A program made the position numbers and the translations under genes. Under the pieces are notes generated by a model. It did not search any database and was not told the DNA's origin. It worked only from the letters and a program-made list of their open reading frames with translations. Shown one piece after another: positions 38,801-50,691 of a DNA stretch of 64,000 nucleotides. This DNA is from Octopus bimaculoides. Its lineage: Eukaryota. Numbering within the stretch: position 1 is the first letter of the stretch; every line of letters starts with the position of its first letter. The stretch spans positions 25,841,115 to 25,905,114 of the forward strand of contig NC_068989.1 of the NCBI RefSeq assembly GCF_001194135.2, written 5' to 3'.

Positions 38801-40782
38801 ATATATATGAATATTAGTATATCAGCGGGTGGGTGTGTATGGGAATATTCGCACTAAAAATTGGGAACAACCAGAGCTTAAGTGCCATTTTAGCACACAT
38901 ATATGCTGTATGTATTCTTTATTGTGAAAGCGTGAGAGCATAAGGGAAACACATTGGTGAAACACATTTCAATCAAAGGAAAAGATTTCAAGCATATATT
39001 GCAGTAGACATTTGTAGTCATTAACTTGAATTATATATATGTATCAACATAATTTTATATGTTAATGCTGTTTAAATTCGTCACTTAAACTAACTTATTT
39101 GTAATTACATTTTAATATCCTTCTGCTGATTATTGTATGATACAATCGGTTACTAAAGTCCTAAGAATTAAGATGTACACTTAAACCAGTATTACACCGT
39201 GTGTACACATCTTCCATTTTCTAGAGTACATAAGGAGAAATAAAATATCTCGGTTTAACCAAAGTTAATGACACTTGAAAGTGGAATATCACAAACACAC
39301 ACATATATATACATGCAGAAGTATACATAAATGCATAGATAATTGTTGGTGAATTTGTATGTATGGGAGTAAGGGTGTTTCCTTATACGCATATATATAT
39401 AGATACGTTTATGGAAACATATGCTCTTACACTCATAAATATATACATCCACACGCGCACACACGGAAGCATATACAGAGGGAGAGGCCAAGAGAAAAGA
39501 AAAATCCTCTGATGGAGAAAGTGAGAGAGAGAGAGAGAGAGAGAGAGAAAGCTCTATATATGTAGGCAGACAGTCACATTATGTGTGATTATGCCTATTT
39601 AAAATTGTGCTCAAACATGCATTTATAGGATTCTTTTTTTATATCAGGTAGACATCTGACACAGAAATATTTCTGCATATAATCCTTATTTAATTAGCGA
39701 AGTAATTAAATTCTCTTACAATATTTAGCAAGCACTGACGCATTAACTACGCATTTAAAATATTTTACTTTGAGATGTATTTCAGGATAGATTAGGAGGT
39801 TGTGAAACATATGCATACGAAATATTGCTTTAAGTGTGTAAACATAGCAATAGAGAATTCATTATTAATGGCTACATCGGCAATCAATACTTTTACGACA
39901 TGGGTTGAATGGTTTAACCGATTCTCAAAGTTTTATATGTGGTTGCAACAATGACTGTAAAGGGATGAATGTAAGATAAACATAGAAAGCAGATTAATAC
40001 GTACATAATTAATTTGTGTACATTCATATTGCTTAAAAGTATGTATTTCTTATGGCAGTTGAATACTATTTATTTTATAAATGCATGCACTTTGTTTTTC
40101 ATCTTGTATAGCATTATTTTCACTCACACTATCCTAAAAACAAAGATACTTCTTTAAAAGAAACATTAACACAACTTTAATATTAATGCATTAATATTAT
40201 TATTCCTCTTGGTCGCATTGTTTCCCCCCCCCCCCCGCTTTATTGTATTTTCAATTATTCTCTCTATAATGTAAGTAAATTTTTGTTATCGTATAACATT
40301 AGACAATTCTGTTAATCTAATCACTTTCTAAAAGGAATTCTATCCATCAATCCATCCATCCATCCGTCCACGGATGCATACATATATATATATACATACN
40401 NNNNNNNNNNNNNNNNNNNNNNNNNNNNNNNNNNNNNNNNNNNNNNNNNNNNNNNNNNNNNNNNNNNNNNNNNNNNNNNNNNNNNNNNNNNNNNNNNNNN
40501 NNNNNNNNNNNNNNNNNNNNNNNNNNNNNNNNNNNNNNNNNNNNNNNNNNNNNNNNNNNNNNNNNNNNNNNNNNNNNNNNNNNNNNNNNNNNNNNNNNNN
40601 NNNNNNNNNNNNNNNNNNNNNNNNNNNNNNNNNNNNNNNNNNNNNNNNNNNNNNNNNNNNNNNNNNNNNNNNNNNNNNNNNNNNNNNNNNNNNNNNNNNN
40701 NNNNNNNNNNNNNNNNNNNNNNNNNNNNNNNNNNNNNNNNNNNNNNNNNNNNNNNNNNNNNNNNNNNNNNNNNNNNNNNNNN

Positions 40783-40818
<36 letters not shown>

Positions 40819-40824
<6 letters not shown>

Positions 40825-41100
40825 CCTCAGGCCGACTAAACGCTCGTGAGTGGATGTCGTACATAAAAACTGAAAGGAGACCGTTGTATATATCTATATA
40901 GTTTTGTGTGCGCGTGTCTGTATTTGTACTCCTACCATTGCTTAACAACCGATGTTGCTGTTTTTACATTCCAATAACGTACCGATTCGGCAAAAGTCAC
41001 TGTTAGAATAAGTACTATGCTTACATAGTTTTGTTTGACCAGCGGTGGTGCTCCCGCATGGCCACAGTCACATGACTGAAACAAGTTAAACAATAAAAAG
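40819..41100 (+). mobile_element. Family-1 SINE lacking its tRNA head
   Basis: atagcctcaggccgactaaacgctcgtgagtgg...gcatggccacagtcacatgactgaaacaag aligns to 36490-36830. Confidence 0.75.
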
Positions 41101-41115
41101 CTATGCCATCTCAAT

Positions 41116-41143
41116 CCCGAGCAAGGCCGGGTATCTCTGCTAG
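41116..41143 (+). mobile_element. Helitron 3' terminus (GC hairpin plus CTAG|T)
   Basis: cccgagcaaggccgggtatctctgctag|t has 3 mismatches to the 3' end of the mini-Helitron at 50601-50691. Confidence 0.75.
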
Positions 41144-43069
41144 TAAGAGCTCTAATAAAAGAAATGGATAATGATTATTCTCCTGCCACCATTTAATTTA
41201 TGATATATCATGTATGTTAAATAAATTTCAATTTAATTTCGTATATAATCGGGTATGCATCATGCATTCTGGTCCCTAGTTTTTCATCAAGTTTATATGT
41301 TGAAAGTGATGAAAAGTTTATGGACATTCAATTCAGGCGTTTCGTTTCAGTATTCCAGTTTTGAATGCAGATGAGCAATAACATGAAAGACAAATGGAAG
41401 CGAAATATTACAATAAACGAATGTTACTTTATGCAAATAGTCGTGCTCCGTTGAACAAAACTTTAGACAGATGAGGAAATAAAAGAAATAAATTTACTGA
41501 TATACAAAATCAATATCGTCTGATAGATCAAAATACATATATAATTGTCTAGGCATTACCATTCATTGTATGTTAACTTGTCTCAGGAAATATAAAAATA
41601 TTTCATAGTTTATAGTTGATAACTTCATCTTCCGTCATTTGATTAATAAGAAATGTAATCTCATATAATCTCAAATCACATCATTTGCAATAAAACGTTT
41701 GTATTGGGATAACGTATATAATAAAATGTAATGAAATTACTCAATATATATTATTGGTTCTGCTTCTTCTAAAATATAGTCTGCATACTAATATAGTTTT
41801 ACACATTTTCGAGTACGGTTTATTTTTTGGAAATCTTTTCATTTCATACGAAAAATCTATGCTGGCGAACCCGTTCAAATTCTATGGAACTGGTGAAGCA
41901 AACAGAATAAAGAAATATACCCAAGATACTTCTTTTGCACCAATGAAATCATAATCTTCGTTAAATCTTTATGAAGATGTACATCTTGCAAATATTAATT
42001 ATATTAAACAATATTATTCAAATCTCATTTGTAAACGGTTTTCATAGCTTACATATGATTTTACATCAAACGCATGCATACACATATCACATTTTTAGCT
42101 ACTATTAGGCTTACTTGAAGGTATCCATCCATAATTATCTAAATGCTAATCAATATGGCATCACTTCACATGTTATATGTCTACTTCATTAAACCAATAT
42201 GATTCACGAATTCTATGAAAACACTTTTCACTTCTAAAACGTCTTGTTAGCTTTACTGATGTACAAGATATATTTCAAATGCATCGCTTAAGAATCTGAA
42301 ATTGTTGGTGGAAAAGTGAATTAACCGCATATCCCATTTCCCTATACAACTTTAATTAAGTTACTTGTTATTTCAATGGGAAGTCAAAGATGGAAAATAT
42401 CTGAACGCGGATTTAAAGAGGCACCACTATGTACCCGAAGAGACTAAGCAAATCAACAATTAGCTATCTAAATAAAGATACGTGTGTGTATATTATATTT
42501 GTATGTTTGTATGGATGTATATCGATATGCGTATGTATGCATATAGATACACGCATATATAGATGCATACATATATATATNNNNNNNNNNNNNNNNNNNN
42601 NNNNNNNNNNNNNNNNNNNNNNNNNNNNNNNNNNNNNNNNNNNNNNNNNNNNNNNNNNNNNNNNNNNNNNNNNNNNNNNNNNNNATGATATAACATAATG
42701 TTCGTCTTGACCGGCACAGTGAGCTTTTTCATTATTAACTTATACTTTCGAAACGTGTTTCGTTTTGTCTCTTAAATACACAAGAGTTATCATTCTGCTC
42801 TTCAGTGACACTTAAAAATAAAATAGCATTGGAATTATAGTCTAATACCCAAAGCGCAATAAGCTGGTTTTCCAATATTTAACATAGGGATAAATATAAA
42901 TTCTTACAAATAGATATTATAAATTAGTATTCTTCTATAAAATCTACAAGTACCAAATAGCGGTCTCTTATTTGCTAGAAAACATACTAATATTATTATG
43001 AAGCAAATACATGTCATTCTCACTGCCCGTAGATCTCTTATATTATAGAATTTGATTATAAATTATGTG

Positions 43070-43262
43070 CCAGAAAGGACCCTTTGATATAGCCATGGGT
43101 TCGTCGGATTCGGCTTAACTCACTGATCTAGTAGGAATTTGAAAGAATGTTAGAATGAAAGGCAAATTCATGCTCGGCAGAATTTGAACTCAGAACACGA
43201 AGACAGACGAAATACCGCTAAGCATTTCGCCCGGTGTGCTAACATCTCTGCCAGCTCGCCGT
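43070..43262 (-). mobile_element. Family-2 (Nin-like) SINE with an uninterrupted head
   Basis: gaatgaaaggcaaa...gaatttgaactcagaac...gacgaaataccgctaagcatttcgcccggtgtgctaacatctctgccagctcgcc. Serves as the empty-site reference for 10631-12430. Confidence 0.8.
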
Positions 43263-43390
43263 TTTAAAACCAATACAATATAGCTTTACGTAATGTTGGT
43301 TATAAGGATAAGATAAAATATATTGCACCAAATAATAAAAATATTAATATAAATAATAATAACATAAATACAACTCTAATATAAAAACTA

Positions 43391-44322
43391 TTGATGAATG
43401 ACTGCATTTGCTTATTTGATTTAACTGTTGTTCGCCATGTCTCAGCCCCATACAATAACACTGCTTTTACGTTAGTATTAAAAATTCTTATTGTGTTCTT
43501 TATTGAAATTACACTTGCGCCCCATACTTTTTTTAACAGGTGGAAAGCGGTCCTTGCCTTGCTTTATTCTAGTCTTAATATCTTCGTCGGTGCCGCCTGA
43601 GAACGTTATTTTACTACCTAAATACGTAAACTCGGCTACATCCTCTAGTTCACCGGTTTCTAGTTTAATCTTCATTAACGCGCATAATTTTTGATTTGTT
43701 GCAGTTGACTTTCAACCCTAGTTTGGCAGCTATTGCTTCTAATTTTGACGTTTTATTTTGCATTTGGCTATATGTTTGTGAAAGTAGCCCTATATCATCT
43801 GCAAAGTCGAGATCTTCTATAGCTTCTGCATCCATCCATTCAATGTCTGTTTGGCTTTCAATCGTAGTTTCCTTCATAATCCAATCTATAACTAGTAGAA
43901 ATAAAAAGGGAGAAGGTATACATCCCTGTCGAACTCCTGTTTTTACTTTGAATTTACAGGTGCTTGCGTAGTATACTTAAAAGCAGATGGCCCGAATACA
44001 TAAGCATTACGGAGCTATGTCAAGAACGAATCAAGTTTCGATTACGGAGCAAATATTTAATAAAAAGTGGAAGTGGATTGGAAGCAAAATTAGAAAGGAG
44101 ACGCTAAATGAAGCGAAAAGTGCTTTACAATAGAATCCGGATGGATATAGAAAGAGGGGTAGGCCTAAGAACTCGTGGCGTAGATCAACACAAATGAAAC
44201 TAGACAAAAGGGAACATTCATGGCAGAGTATAAGTACAGAAGCGAAAAATTATGCGACATGGAATTCAATTATAAGTGGCCTATACTCCGCGTTGGAGGA
44301 TTAAAGGCAAGAAAGAAAGATG
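43391..44322. mobile_element. 5'-truncated RTE LINE with a 5' inversion (minus 43391-43960, plus 43961-44322) and a 10-bp TSD
   Basis: The minus part reads TGVRQGC...DLDFADDI...YLGS...VLLYGAETWRTT...QSFIN. The plus part starts CLRSILKSRWP...KWKWIG...RKRGRPKNSWRR. The TSD ataaaaacta is at 43381-43390 and 44323-44332. Confidence 0.9.
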
Positions 44323-44902
44323 ATAAAAACTAAGCATTTACATAATCCCTAAAATAGCAACAATAATAATAATTTAGATGAAAAATACAAATGCTAATAT
44401 AAATTATAATAGTATACCTAGAAACTATAAGAAAACATACATAAAAATATTTGATAAAACCAAATATATTACCAATAATAAAAATAATAGAAAACAAGGG
44501 CAAAACTTAAATATAACGAATACCAAATTTACCATGCACAAGAATTATAAGAAAAGTGAAAATAAAATAAAAGCTATCACCCTGGATAATAGAAACAAGC
44601 ATAAGTATAATAAATATAATAAATATATAACAGCTGAAAATACTCCTATAATTAATGTTAACGCTTATATATCTGATAATAAGATCTGGATGATACTCCT
44701 TGTTTCCATGCAAATTAAGAGAAATTTAATAAAATCTATTTTTATGATTATTGACAATCATTTTAATAAAAACAATAGATATCATGAAATTACTAATAAT
44801 GAAACTATTAATATAGGTTATAGTTCAACCCATAACTTTGCAACGATCATATCTTCTATAAATAACAAGAAATTAGACATATTCTACTTAAATAGAAACG
44901 CT

Positions 44903-44973
<71 letters not shown>

Positions 44974-44980
44974 TAATAAT

Positions 44981-45455
44981 ATATTCACTGGGTAATATGC
45001 AAAAACTTGGACTTGCCCCATGATAAAAACTGGTGGGAACACAAACCACCCCCAGTACTTGAAAATGATCACATCGCACTCCTCTGGAACTTCACCATTC
45101 AAACTGACAGAAGGATAGACGCAAATAGGCCAGACATCATACTGAAAGACTTCAGACAAAAATCAAGCCTCCTCATTGTACCAATCGATATAAACGTATC
45201 TGTCAAGNNNNNNNNNNGCTCATGGGAACTGCCCATATCCTACGAAATATACTGTCTATGTGATCTCAAATTTTAAAACAAACACATAATTTTCTTATGG
45301 TTTCTTAAACATTCACTAGAACAAAACTGTACAAATCCAAATATATGGTACCCTAGGTATAACACCTACATGAACTTCTAACTTGTTGTCTCTTGAGGTC
45401 TCTGGGTGAGACTTGGATCCAACTTGTACAAATGCAAAACAAAAGTCAAACATAA
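44981..45455 (+). mobile_element. R4/Dong-like LINE 3' fragment (restriction-like endonuclease and 3' UTR) embedded in (AAT)n
   Basis: LLWNFTIQTDRRIDANRPDIILKD and LMGTAHILRNIL motifs. (AAT)n on both sides (~44905-44980 and 45456-45515). Confidence 0.85.
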
Positions 45456-45516
<61 letters not shown>

Positions 45517-45569
45517 TTCAAGACGAAAAGGGCAATTCGATTGTAAGATATATTATTAGTTGAACAATA

Positions 45570-45597
45570 TTTCAACAGTACGCCTGTCTTTGTCAAG
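45570..45597 (-). ncRNA. Decayed minimal hammerhead-ribozyme core
   Basis: The minus strand reads cTTGACAA-a-gacag-gcgta-ctgtt-GAAA against the consensus CTGANGA-stem II-GAAA. Two of the three departures are CpG-type transitions. Confidence 0.45.
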
Positions 45598-45799
45598 TTC
45601 AAACTAAGAAGTGATAAAAATTCAAAATTACAGAAATTTAAACGTAAAGTATGAACGAGAGCAACCAGTGTCCATACGTTGATGGAATGATATCATCAGT
45701 GTTGAAGTTACAATTTTCTAACAGGCCAAAAGAAAAAGACAGAACAAATAGAAAAAAGAAGACGACAGAAAAAAAGGAAAGAAAAGGAAAGAAGAATAT

Positions 45800-46213
45800 T
45801 CAATCAAAGAGGTTTGTATAAATTTGATGATATTCTCCTGTCATCTTATTCATTCCTCCAGGGCAAGATGTTAATAACCCGCAAACATATTTCTCCTCAT
45901 ACATTCTGAGAAGTGAAGGTGGTGTAGATTCAGAATATATTTTGAGAATATGCACTTTCATGTCTTTTTCAAAATTACAGCCGCTTGAAACGAAGTGTTC
46001 AGCAAGTTCTGTCGAACTACTGACGTCGAATCTGTGCCTATTAAACATTTTGTTTAATCGTTCTGTTGTACAACCAACATAAATTAAATTGTGTTTCGTG
46101 CATTCTGTAGCGTACACCAAATGGGAATCTTTACATGTTCCACCTTCTGTATAAATTATAACATTTATGTTACGATTTCTGATGGAATTCACTTCACTCA
46201 TCTTGTCGCACAA
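45800..46213 (-). CDS. GIY-YIG endonuclease domain (Penelope type), 137-aa open frame; probably the tail of a longer ORF
   Basis: C-x2-C (CSLC) upstream, then LVYATECTKHNLIYVGCT, RLNKMFNRH, LAEHF, RMYEEKY and PGGMN in the canonical GIY-YIG order. Confidence 0.75.
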   Translation of the reverse strand: MCDKMSEVNSIRNRNINVIIYTEGGTCKDSHLVYATECTKHNLIYVGCTTERLNKMFNRHRFDVSSSTELAEHFVSSGCNFEKDMKVHILKIYSESTPPSLLRMYEEKYVCGLLTSCPGGMNKMTGEYHQIYTNLFD

Positions 46214-46239
46214 TGAACAGGACTCTCATTAACAACTCC

Positions 46240-49200
46240 CGTGCGGACCCCACGAACGACTCATGAAATCATGATGCAACACAATAAGGAAAGAATTAAC
46301 GGCGAGAATGAAGCTATAGCCGGTCATAGTGAAGGTTTCCCACCCGGCACGTCCGAAACCGCCCACAACAGGGTCAGTGATGTGCGCAAAAACAGACATA
46401 AATGGACGAAGGAAGAGTACGATACATTTATTGAATGTCATGAAAGAGCAAAGCTGGAAAGAAGTCGCGGACTAGGCCGACGTACCTTGAAATTTTGGAT
46501 GGAAAAGGATATGTGACCAATGTCAGAAAATAAACTAATGAATCAAATGAGAGTGGTTGGGAGGAAGGGTTACTTAACTGGAGTAGAAGTATCTCGGATT
46601 AGTGAGAGTCTGAGAGACCTTGCGGATGGGCTACAAAGGATGGTAGGAATTTGAAAGCAGAGAGGTAGGATTTGAAAGTAGGGAGAAGAGTAGACAAAAA
46701 GAAGAGGGAAATGGTGATGGGGCTGTTGAGGATAAGGAACAGGAACGTTATACAGTGAACCCTGATACTGTGGTGGGTGGACATGCAGGGGAAATGAACC
46801 AACTGGATAATGAATTGCTTGAAATTCAAAGACGACTCATCAAGCTGATGAATGTTCCAGAAGAAAAAATCCCCATGAATATGAGAAGGGTAGATAGGAG
46901 TATGATAGAAAAAGTAACACAAAAGATAAATAGTCATACCATACATCCAGACGGAGGAATGACACAAACAAGGAATTTTCTCCGAGATATTGCGCTACTT
47001 GCTAAGGAGAAATTACAATTTAAGAGAACAAAAATGGTGGAGCAAAAGAACCATTGAAAGGGACATAATGCTGGTAAGGAAAGATCTAGGAAAAGTTGGG
47101 TAACGGTTAAGAGGAAACAGGAAAAGTGGGAGAAAAATTAGAGAAGAAATATAAAATATGGAAGAACGGGTTTGATGCAGTAATAGTACAGTTAAAAGCC
47201 AGAAGAAAAGATTTGTGAACAGAAATGAGCAGTTCGAGGAGAACAGATTATTCAAAAATAACTCGAAGCAATCCTTCCCAAAGTTAGAAAGTGACAATGG
47301 GAAAAATGTTGCAAATCAAGCCAAGGAGTTCTGCAGCGGATTATGGGGAAACAATGTGCTGCATAAAAGGATGCAATGTGGATGGAATGTGGATAGGAAC
47401 TCTTAAGACAGAATTACAAGGTGGAACGAAACGAAAGTATATTGTCATAAGCACGGGTGAAGTGAAAGAACATGTGCAAAAGTGCCAAACTGGAAAGCCC
47501 CCGCACAGGATGGGACTCATGGCTTATAGCTAAAGAGATGGCACGCAGTGCATGAAAGACTAACAGCCCAATTGAATGAGTTTGTCCGGAAAGGTACAGT
47601 TACCGCGCGGATGGTGACTGTGGGGACAACACTTGTAATCAAAGATAATAGAAAAGGGAATATTTTGGGAAACTACCGTCCCATAGCATTGCCTAAATAT
47701 GTGCGGCACAGACATACACTTTCCTGGCGCAAAAAGAAATACTACCAAGTAAACAAAAAGTATGTAGGAAGATTTCTCAGTGTACCAAGGAATACCTGGT
47801 CATCGACAAAACAGTTTTGAGGCACTGTAAAAAACATCATACAAACATGTCTATTGCTTGGATTGACTTTAAGAAGGCATTTGATATGGTGCCTCATTTT
47901 TGGATCGTTGAATGCCTGCAGATATTTGGTGTTGCTGGCAACATCACAAAGTGTCTGATGCGACGCATGAAACAATGCAAAACCAAATTCTACTCGCGAA
48001 GTTAGTATTAAAAGGGGAATCTTCCAAGGTGACTCGTTTTAACCGTTACTTTTTGTAATTGCACTAATACCCATAGCAATGACACTTAGGAAAGTTAAGA
48101 TGGGTTACCAATGTGGGAACTATGCCCATCATTAAACCATCTTTTGTTTGTGGATGAACAGAAATTGCTTGGGAAATCTGAAAAACAGATAGATTCCTTA
48201 ACCAAAAGAGTTCACAAGTATGGTAGGGACATCAGTATGGAATTTGAGATGCTCAGTACTTAATATGAAAAGAGGGAAGAAGCAGCCTGCAGAAGATTGT
48301 GGATACCTTCAGGAGAGACCCTGGGTGAACCCGATGGTAGTGGATATAGATATTTAGGGATACACAGAGAACTGAAACTCGAGGTCAGCGTGGCGTATCA
48401 AAAAAGTGTGAAGATGGTGTTGAAATCCAACCTGAATGCCAAAAATCTGAATACCGTAATGAATGTCTGGGCAGTTGCGGTGGTCAGATATAGTGCATCT
48501 ATCCTCAAATGGACTAAAAAGGAAATATCAACACTGGATAGAAGAACGAGAAAGTTGATGACGTTGCATGGGGCGCTACACCCTAAAGCAAACGTAAACA
48601 GTCTGTATATGAAAAGAAAGAATGGTAGCAGAGGACTAATAAGTATAGACCATTGTATAAGGAGTGAAAGGAGAAAGCTTGCCGAGTATTTGATAAATTC
48701 TGATGAAGACCTGTGGCAATATTCCGTGAAGACGTGTGTAAATGCAGATGAAATGATGGACAAGAAAGAGTTTAACCAAAGAGCCGAGGAGAAAAGAAAG
48801 AAGACCTTGAAATAAGAATGCATAGGTGTACATAGGACATTAAGGATAGTACAGCGGCATGGCCATAGCTCCAGTGAAGTGATTTGAAGCGTGCCACCAA
48901 AAGCTTGATCATTGCTGCACAAGACCAGGCTCTCGCTACCAATTCAGTGAAGTATAACATCTATAAAACTTCTGACATCCAGAAATGCAGACTCTGTGGA
49001 AAACGTCTGGAAAATGTAACCCATTTGGTAAGTGGATGTGAGAGTCTTGCACAAAAGGAATACAAACGCTGCCACGGTAAAATGTCTGTGTGTTTTCATT
49101 GGCTCTTATGCTGTAAATACCAATATGAAGTAACAGAGAACAGATATGAGCATGTACCAGGTACCATTATGCAGGAGGTTGGAACTGTAGCGCTTCTCTG

Positions 49201-49632
49201 GGACTATGATTTTCAGACGGATCGTCTAATCGAACACCGTCGGACGGATATTGTCATATTGAATAAGAGAGACAAATACTGCCAGATCATTGATGTAGCC
49301 ATACCAAATGCCATGAAAGTTGTGAGTAAAGAGGTTTAAAGAATCCCCAAGTACCCCGAATTGGAAGTGGAAATGGCAAAACTGTATGGAATGTGAGAGG
49401 GTAGTGTAAAATTGATGCCAGTGGTGATCGGAGTGTTGTGCTCAATCCCATTGAAACTTCAAAACTCCTTAAGGCAACTGAAAATCCTATACAAGATTGA
49501 TGTCTTGCAAAAAGCAGCCTTATTGGGCACAGCACACATTTTAAGGAAATTATTATCTGTCTATGGTCCTTGTTGTGACTTGAAAGATGACTAAAGACTC
49601 CGGTGCATTTTTACTTACACTGTGTTACGAAG

Positions 49633-49636
<4 letters not shown>
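46240..49636 (+). mobile_element. R4/Dong-like non-LTR retrotransposon, near full length, heavily disrupted, ending in (AAT)n
   Basis: N-terminal KWTKEE region; RT motifs (GNYRPIAL, AWIDFKKAFDMVPHFW, KRGIFQGDS, NHLLFVDE, YRYLG); CRLCG...HLVSGCESLAQKEYK zinc knuckle; endonuclease LLWDYDFQTD...IIDVAIP; C-terminal QKAALLGTAHILRK. Confidence 0.92.

Positions 49637-49702
<66 letters not shown>
49637..49702 (+). repeat. (AAT)n tail/target array of the R4/Dong element
   Basis: Visible run immediately after the 3' UTR. Confidence 0.95.
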
Positions 49703-49703
<1 letters not shown>

Positions 49704-50600
49704 GAATTAATTATACTAACCCGCTATGCTTAACTCATATACTTTTATCCCACTTAACCATAATGATAATACACCACACATAGCACATTCATACAGAAAA
49801 ACACCGATATATCTAATGAGGTTTCCTCACTTAACACTCTTATTAATAATAATATAACTAATAATTGCAACTGCAGGATTAAAAATAACTCCTTACTTAA
49901 GAATGCATGCAGTAGAAAAAGGGTAATATATCAATGCACTGTGACAGCCTTAGGCAACGAATATTCTTATATCGAAGCCACGCAAAACGAAATGAAAGCG
50001 TGCATATCCATCCATCTTTATACTTTTACGAATAAGCATAAACTAACTCTACTGGACCAAATAAATTTATCTGGGGGTTAAAGGATAAGAATATACATTA
50101 CGATGTAAAATGTGAGATATTAGCCACTGCATTTTCCTATAAAGTAAATAATAAAAAAATGTCTTTCGATGTTCAAATGAAAACGTTTTCATCCTCCCAG
50201 CAAAATTCCCTCTTCTTAACCTTAGACATGACCGACATAATTCTTGTCTACATATGGGAATTTTTTTTTTTTTTTAAATATAGATAAACTGAGTATTAAC
50301 TGTTAATATTCTTTTTACTAATATATCAACATCTTATTCCTCAATCCCTGTTATCATTATTTCTTTGATTTTTTGATAATTTATACTCATGTATTATTTA
50401 TGTACCACCAATATAGTTTAGACTAACATGTATATTTGCTTCCCCAATTTTCTGGTTCTAAATTGATAATGAACCGTTCTTCTCATCTATTGTATTTATT
50501 TCTGCCTATTTATAAATACACAGTTATCCAATCAATGTATCTTCCTACTTAGTTTATTAACTTTACTTAATTAACAATTACTTATATATTTATATCAATA

Positions 50601-50691
50601 CTAGCAGAAATACCCGGCGTTGCCCGGGTTAAAGAGAATAAAGAAATCTAAAAACGCCGTCTAGACTACGCATCATCTTTATATATAGAGA
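50601..50691 (-). mobile_element. Complete 91-bp non-autonomous Helitron
   Basis: The minus strand reads A|TCTCTATATATAAAG...CCCGGGCAACGCCGGG-TATTTCTG-CTAG|T: 5' TC, subterminal hairpin, 3' CTAG, and insertion between A and T. Confidence 0.85.

Larger units (their letters stand above)
45520..46230 (-). mobile_element. Penelope-like element 3' part (GIY-YIG endonuclease plus pseudo-LTR-like 3' region)
   Basis: A GIY-YIG ORF followed by a pyrimidine-rich tract and a hammerhead-like core. No RT is visible. Confidence 0.75.

Noticed and set aside
44378-44995. 205-aa N/K/I-rich plus-strand ORF ending in poly-N
   Set aside because: It is a compositional shadow of A-rich DNA plus the AAT array, with no domain. 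The opposite strand shows the better codon pattern.
49703-50600. Possible NUMT (A/C-rich strand, hydrophobic translations; a similar stretch at 52000-52430)
   Set aside because: I could not align any cox, cytb, atp or nad motif. Base composition alone explains the appearance.
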